From an uncultured archaeon (GTDB lineage Archaea > Asgardarchaeota > Thorarchaeia > Thorarchaeales > Thorarchaeaceae): DNA of 64,000 nt. The stretch spans positions 32,001 to 96,000 of the forward strand of contig CAZSWP010000001.1 of NCBI GenBank assembly GCA_964610875.1, written 5' to 3'. Shown here piece by piece: positions 58,960-64,000 of this stretch. The notes under the pieces were generated by a model, which made no database searches, was not told the origin of the DNA, and worked only from the letters and a program-made list of their open reading frames with translations. Made by a program: the position numbers and the translations under genes. Position 1 is the first letter of the stretch. Every line of letters starts with the position of its first letter.

Positions 58960-59598
58960 TTAGTCCTCTTCAAATAGAGTAAGTACAGCCGCCATTGAAA
59001 CTTCTCGTGCTAAATTTTGATTAATTGCAGAACCAATAACAATTACATCTCCGTTCTCCGCCCTTAGTGACTCGGTGATTAACATAGCCTCCTCTTCATA
59101 TTCTAATAGAATATTGTAGTCATCTGGGGGCATTACGAGAAGACCGCTTTTCTGAACTAGGGTGGTAGATCCAGAGATTCCATGACCTCCTTGGATTATT
59201 GCTTCATCTCTCTGTCTAATTCCATCAGTCACTTTCTCATCTCTTCCTTTTACAAGATTGGCATATGCAAAATCATAGACCACAAGGTCTCCTACATTCA
59301 GGGATAGTCCAAGAGGAACATCGTTTGTAATGTCTGTGTAAAGCTCCTTCCCCTCCCCAGTGAGAATCTGTCCCTGTTTTCCTTCAGCAATGATGTATCC
59401 CGCTTCGGAGAGCCTCTTCAATAACGTTCGAGCACTGCCCTCTCCAATGGTCATTCTATCACACAGTTCATAGCGTCCTATGGGTTCTTCTCTACCAATC
59501 ATTACAAGTGCGACAGCAGCATGATGTGGCTTAAAAACTGGGGACACTCTTCCATTTGCAGCTTGAGAAAGACGGATGAATTCATCCTTCCATGTCAT
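58960..59598 (-). CDS. DUF4443-like winged-helix protein
   Basis: PIGRYEL...IGEGSARTLLKRL, GIRQRDEAI and GDVIVIGSA motifs. Confidence 0.75.
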   Translation of the reverse strand: MTWKDEFIRLSQAANGRVSPVFKPHHAAVALVMIGREEPIGRYELCDRMTIGEGSARTLLKRLSEAGYIIAEGKQGQILTGEGKELYTDITNDVPLGLSLNVGDLVVYDFAYANLVKGRDEKVTDGIRQRDEAIIQGGHGISGSTTLVQKSGLLVMPPDDYNILLEYEEEAMLITESLRAENGDVIVIGSAINQNLAREVSMAAVLTLFEED

Positions 59599-59639
59599 TA
59601 TCAGAATATCTCCATATTTCGTATTAGGAACCTGCTTTT

Positions 59640-60227
59640 TTATTCTTCTCCAAGTTCAATGATCGATGGTTGCCAAATCATATGTCCTAAATCTTGGTGG
59701 ATAATTCGTTGGAGGTCAGGCACAACCAATGCAAATAGGACTGCGTTGGAAAAGGTATGAACTATTAGAAACAAACTTCCTGTCACGAGAACAAACCAAT
59801 ATGGATTGCCCGTCACCCAGGCAACACCAAGATTTGTTACTAGATCGTAGAATAGAGTGACCAAGAATCCGATGAAAGCAAGCATTCCACGATAATGGGG
59901 ATCTTTGAATTCTTTGTATCCGCTTCGTCTGATAGTTCCTCCTGCCAAGACGACAAAGAGCCATCCTATGACCTGAGTAATCCAAATTTGGGGGATGAAT
60001 GGACCCCATGGATTGAAAAGGCCAAAAATGAGGGACATGATGATGGTGACCCAAAAACCCATGTGGATGCCAAAAGTGAACGCAGTAACAAATAGGACTG
60101 TTGTTCCAAATTCTACATTTGGTATGGCAATTAGTACATAGTTGCCTACTAATGCCAAAGCAGTCATGACGGAAGTAATTGAAACTCGTCTACTTTTTGA
60201 CATTTCTCCTCTTCCATCAGTCACCAT
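59640..60227 (-). CDS. ECF transporter S component (CbrT-like, cobalamin candidate)
   Basis: About 6 TMs; IPNVE, TLFYDLVTN and HTFSNAV motifs; in an operon with DUF4430. Confidence 0.72.
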   Translation of the reverse strand: MVTDGRGEMSKSRRVSITSVMTALALVGNYVLIAIPNVEFGTTVLFVTAFTFGIHMGFWVTIIMSLIFGLFNPWGPFIPQIWITQVIGWLFVVLAGGTIRRSGYKEFKDPHYRGMLAFIGFLVTLFYDLVTNLGVAWVTGNPYWFVLVTGSLFLIVHTFSNAVLFALVVPDLQRIIHQDLGHMIWQPSIIELGEE

Positions 60228-60241
60228 CTCTTTTCTACCTC

Positions 60242-60973
60242 TTATCTACGATATGTGACTATCACTACACCTGCAACAGCTATGATTCCGATAATTGCGA
60301 TAACTTCCCAACCTATTGGGAATGGAGGTGTGATTGAATCTAGTTCAAGTTCTAATACATATGGCACACCAAATGAATAGGTGGTCCGGCACTTCACCAA
60401 TACTCCATTGGAAATATCGTAATAGAGTTCAGTAGTCTGAGGTTCTCCAAAACTTGTATCATCTTGTACATATGAGAATACTATAGTTTGATAAGCAACC
60501 CCATTTATTGTGCTATTCTCAAAGTATGACTCCATTGTTCCATTGAGATAATTACCTAGAACCCTCTCGGCAGAACTGAATGCTGTTTCATTCAGTGATT
60601 CGATATTTTCCTCTCCAACCTCGATAAAGAACCCTGGAAGGAATGGTGTTAAGCCCCAAATTCCAATCGTCAGATCCATAGCTAGAGTTGTATCATTTGC
60701 CACCCATGTCATATTGCCAAGAGTGATTTGACCTGTGATGTCTTCATCTATTGTTTGGATGGTGAATATGAGTTGTGATTCATCTTCGGCCAGCCATTTG
60801 TTCGTACCTGAAATATACAATGCAAATGCCTGTTCTGGTGCATCAATCACGTTCCATGTGATTTGTGTATTTGCTGTTAGATTTGTATCAAAGGTTGTCT
60901 GTGCATGTACTGAATTGACAGAAAGTAAAGTTGCTAGTACTAGAAATAGAAAAGCTTCACTTGTTCGTTTCAT
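60242..60973 (-). CDS. Secreted protein with a C-terminal TM anchor
   Basis: Signal peptide; YYDISNGVLVK; C-terminal TM plus RR. Confidence 0.7.
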   Translation of the reverse strand: MKRTSEAFLFLVLATLLSVNSVHAQTTFDTNLTANTQITWNVIDAPEQAFALYISGTNKWLAEDESQLIFTIQTIDEDITGQITLGNMTWVANDTTLAMDLTIGIWGLTPFLPGFFIEVGEENIESLNETAFSSAERVLGNYLNGTMESYFENSTINGVAYQTIVFSYVQDDTSFGEPQTTELYYDISNGVLVKCRTTYSFGVPYVLELELDSITPPFPIGWEVIAIIGIIAVAGVVIVTYRR

Positions 60974-61469
60974 GTTGCTTTTTCCTCCTATGTCCTAACC
61001 AATAGAGAACTGAAAGAATGACAATGCCCAATACACTTACACCTAATATGCCTAGGAAGAGTGTTTCATCCAGATTAGTTGTTGTAGGTGTTATTATAGA
61101 AGACGTCAGTTTCCACTCGATGGTTTCGTTTCCATCAAGCATAAACAAATTGGCGGCTAAAGTTGCATAATTGCCATCGACCCAATATTGCCAATAATAA
61201 CCTTCATTCGTATCTTCTTCAACACCATTTATAGAATAAACGTAAGCCAAGTTACCGAACCACCGGGCTTTGATTTCCACAACACTCTCAGTGGCATTAT
61301 ATACAGTTTCACCAATTGCATTATCAAAATCTTGAACTGTCCCATTTCTATATTCAATAACCACGCTGACTGAATCTACTTGTGAGGTGGAACTAACATT
61401 GGCCATAGTACTTGTAGCACTCAGTGATAAAATGACTATTAGTAATATTATCACGGAACCGGGTTTCAT
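60957..61469 (-). CDS. DUF4430 (transcobalamin beta-domain-like) membrane-anchored protein
   Basis: YVYSINGV...YYWQYWVDG.YA..AA...L...ETIEW motif. Confidence 0.82.
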   Translation of the reverse strand: MKPGSVIILLIVILSLSATSTMANVSSTSQVDSVSVVIEYRNGTVQDFDNAIGETVYNATESVVEIKARWFGNLAYVYSINGVEEDTNEGYYWQYWVDGNYATLAANLFMLDGNETIEWKLTSSIITPTTTNLDETLFLGILGVSVLGIVILSVLYWLGHRRKKQHETNK

Positions 61470-61479
61470 TCTTCTCCCT

Positions 61480-61500
61480 CATAGGATAGGTTATCCTATG
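61480..61500. promoter_or_regulatory. Perfect inverted repeat abutting the RBS of the DUF4430 operon
   Basis: CATAGGATA-GGT-TATCCTATG. Confidence 0.5.
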
Positions 61501-61590
61501 GCGAATGAAACCTCATAATAAGGATTCCTGTTCATGATTACCAAAATCTGTCAGGAAATATGCATCGACTGAACATGAGAACTCTGCAAG

Positions 61591-61914
61591 GGGACCTTAG
61601 ACCCTTAGGAGGGTCCTAAGAACGAACGCGGTTACGCTTTCTGCGCGGTTGGACGCAAGTCGTTATCGCAGCCTACAAGCAGTTGGTTAATGAGTATCAG
61701 TCCGGTCCTGAGGAATGGAAGAAGCAGTGTCAGTACGGACAGAGGAATCTTGTGGAGACCGTGTTCAGCATGCTGAAGCTACGGTTCACCGGGAGCCTGA
61801 GTTCGAGAAGAGCTAGACAACGTCGGAGAGAGATCTTGATCAAGGTGGTCCTGCACAACATCCATCGACTCAACCAACTGGAGTGTGCTGGGAGATAATT
61901 TATTTTACAGGGCC
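61591..61914 (+). mobile_element. IS5-family (DDE) transposase 3' remnant
   Basis: WKKQCQYGQRNLVETVFSMLK (Y-R-E-K motif) in 61683..61898; frameshifted upstream part; GC-richer than flanks; ends ...TTTTACAGGGCC. Confidence 0.78.
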
Positions 61915-61968
61915 CATATTTGCGGAAAAATTATTTACTAAAAATGTAATAATCATTTGGGGTTTGTA

Positions 61969-62835
61969 ATGAAATCTGTTAGAAGGAAAACAATTTTAGC
62001 AGTGGTAGTATCAATTATTTTTCTTGCTTATGTATCTCCAATTCCCGAAGCAAGAATATCTGAACAATTAGACATGGCTAATGATATAAGAATGCAAAAA
62101 TTCCAATTGAACACGGGAGAATTCTCATATAGTGAATCGTTTACGTTCAATGGGACTGATTTTACTTTGTCAATAGTTGGCGAGGTTATAGAGAACTCAG
62201 ATTCAAATGTGGCTCAATATAGTGTAGTAGCAACTAGCCAAGATAAGGCAGGTAGAATCACATTAATTTTGGATAACAATTTTACTCAAGAACTTCCATC
62301 AGATATTTGTTTTATCGATGATAGACCTCTTAGAAACAATATTCTTGCATTAGATGATTATGGAACATTTCAGTATTACTACTGGTATACTGCAAAGATG
62401 GTTAAGGTTCCAGGTAGCACAATCCAAGAGGTTAAGTATGATCACCCAGATAATTACTACTATCGCTACTATCATCCACAAGAGTGGAATCTGAATTGGA
62501 AAAGAGCAATGCAAACCAATTATGGTATGATTCATCTCTCTCAGAGTGAAATTAGTAATGCAATAATGCAGGCAGGTATTGTCAATGTTGCTTTAGTAAT
62601 TGCTGATGCAGCTATTGGATTGTATTTTCTAAGCATTTCATCCATGACTTTAGCATTATGGATCATTGCAGGAATTATGGCATTCTTAGCAGTATTTAGT
62701 ATCGCCCTAACAGTCTGGTTGGAATATGTTCTTAAAGCTGAACAAGGAGATGGTTGGGCATATACATATTGGAATGGGGCATACTTACAGGCATCGTATG
62801 GTGGTTGGAAGGATTACTGGATAATATCATGGTGA
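61969..62835 (+). CDS. Secreted hypothetical protein with a C-terminal hydrophobic hairpin
   Basis: Signal peptide, Tyr-rich middle, two long hydrophobic helices; AT-rich DNA. Confidence 0.65.
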   Translation: MKSVRRKTILAVVVSIIFLAYVSPIPEARISEQLDMANDIRMQKFQLNTGEFSYSESFTFNGTDFTLSIVGEVIENSDSNVAQYSVVATSQDKAGRITLILDNNFTQELPSDICFIDDRPLRNNILALDDYGTFQYYYWYTAKMVKVPGSTIQEVKYDHPDNYYYRYYHPQEWNLNWKRAMQTNYGMIHLSQSEISNAIMQAGIVNVALVIADAAIGLYFLSISSMTLALWIIAGIMAFLAVFSIALTVWLEYVLKAEQGDGWAYTYWNGAYLQASYGGWKDYWIISW

Positions 62836-63386
62836 AGGTGAGTAATTTGGAAATCGAGAAAGATAGCAATAGAAGCTTTGAGAATTATCTGATATCAGGA
62901 AGATTCGCTTTAATCTTAGCAGTTGAGATTGGTGTCACTATCATCAGTCTGTTTACTGTGTTATATTTCGCATTAACTAATCCTTATGGATTCGATTGGG
63001 GTATTCCGTTGTCTAACTCAATTGTTTTAATTCTCTTTTTTATTGGTAGTACACTAGGTTTGGTAGTGAGTCTATTGCCATTGTTTAAATTAAAAACAGA
63101 TCTCAAAGTAATGGAATCAAAAACACTATCACTTAGCTCGATAGTATTAATCCTCAATCCACCATATTCACTGGTTGCTATTATTGGAGGCTTTCTTTTT
63201 AACATATTCATAGTTGAAATATCTTTTATTCAGTTCGTTTCATTATTCTATAGTTTTGGATTAGGACTCCTGTTTGCACACCTATTGTTCTTTGTCTTTG
63301 AATCACGGTATTGGTCATTTACACCAAATAAAAACGAAGATATCGAAAGTAAAATTCGCATAATCTCATATACATTGAAACGCTGA
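62829..63386 (+). CDS. Four-TM hypothetical membrane protein (start reassigned to 62829)
   Basis: ATG overlaps the upstream stop (ATGGTGA); hydrophobic helices. Confidence 0.62.
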   Translation: MVKVSNLEIEKDSNRSFENYLISGRFALILAVEIGVTIISLFTVLYFALTNPYGFDWGIPLSNSIVLILFFIGSTLGLVVSLLPLFKLKTDLKVMESKTLSLSSIVLILNPPYSLVAIIGGFLFNIFIVEISFIQFVSLFYSFGLGLLFAHLLFFVFESRYWSFTPNKNEDIESKIRIISYTLKR

Positions 63387-63732
63387 TATAATGATGAACA
63401 TAATTCAAATCAAGGATTCAAGCTTTCTTCAAATCAACTTTATAGAACGCGTTCGTTACCTAGTTCTAGCTAAAGGATTTACTAAGGACAGTTCATCTAT
63501 CATTCATACTTTTCATTAGTTCCGCCCCTATTTGTTTTACAGCATCCATGCTGTGCCATTTTCTAGTTTCGCACATGCAACTCACAGTTATACCGTTTTT
63601 CAGCATGCAATTGGAGAAAATCTGAACTAATATTACGCGAACTGTCTAGTGACAAGCTTTTTTAGTCACACAACAATTTCCATCATAAGTTGCGCTTTTG
63701 AAATAGAATAGCGGGACTGGAGACGGGAAACT

Positions 63733-64000
63733 ATGCCTGTTGCGATGCTCCTAATTGACTGGGACTCCAAAGTTGGAGCAGTATTGAAAGCCAAAGTTCC
63801 GAATGATTTTGCGGACTATTACCGTGAGGACTTGAATACTGAAATTATGCGTATTTTCACCTCTCATGCCATGGGTGATGCAGCTGCTGGATTCGCATCT
63901 CTGAGTATTAGAATTGGAGGTGAAGAATACAATGTTGCATCATATTATACTGGCATTGTACGTGAAGAGGAACAATATTGTGTTTCATTATTGCTTACAC
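63733..64000 (+). CDS. uDENN/longin-like domain protein, truncated by the window end (not in the ORF track)
   Basis: Manual translation MPVAMLLIDWDSKVGAVLKAKVPND...IFTSHAMG...GFASLSI...NVASYYTG...QYCVSLLLT; open to the end. Confidence 0.65.
   Translation, partial: MPVAMLLIDWDSKVGAVLKAKVPNDFADYYREDLNTEIMRIFTSHAMGDAAAGFASLSIRIGGEEYNVASYYTGIVREEEQYCVSLLLT

Noticed and set aside
61470-61600. Cobalamin riboswitch upstream of the DUF4430/ECF operon
   Set aside because: No recognisable B12-box or conserved core seen by eye; only a simple palindrome
63387-63732. 345-nt intergenic region as a possible RNA gene
   Set aside because: No tRNA cloverleaf or convincing long stem found by eye

Overview
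Gene-dense archaeal window, most likely Asgard and probably Thorarchaeota-like. This is inferred from eL13, eS26, aIF5A, class I LysRS, the archaeal CCA enzyme, TrmY, NOB1, a PAC2 chaperone and several eukaryotic-signature-like proteins. Most of it is housekeeping or metabolic: a NikR-regulated Nik/CbiMNQO transporter, inositol-lipid genes, peptidases, ABC exporters and a DUF4430 plus ECF-S (cobalamin-type) uptake operon. Highlights: (1) a tandem-duplicated module at 33.3-38.3 kb, in which a Roadblock/longin-like plus double winged-helix protein is paired with a Bet3/TRAPPC3-like V4R protein, with a third V4R gene and two membrane proteins (candidate proto-TRAPP/GTPase-regulator system); (2) tRNA-Leu(CAG) with a non-canonical 32-nt intron at position 53/54; (3) alpha-SNAP-like solenoids, one ending in a PCI-like winged helix; (4) a Rab-like GTPase that may start at ATT, a stand-alone PH-like protein and a partial uDENN/longin gene at the right edge; (5) clamp-binding-like motifs on DUF72 and XPF; (6) three decayed genes, an IS5-family remnant and several 3' hairpins. 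No rRNA or CRISPR array was seen. All family calls come from motif recognition by eye, not database searches.
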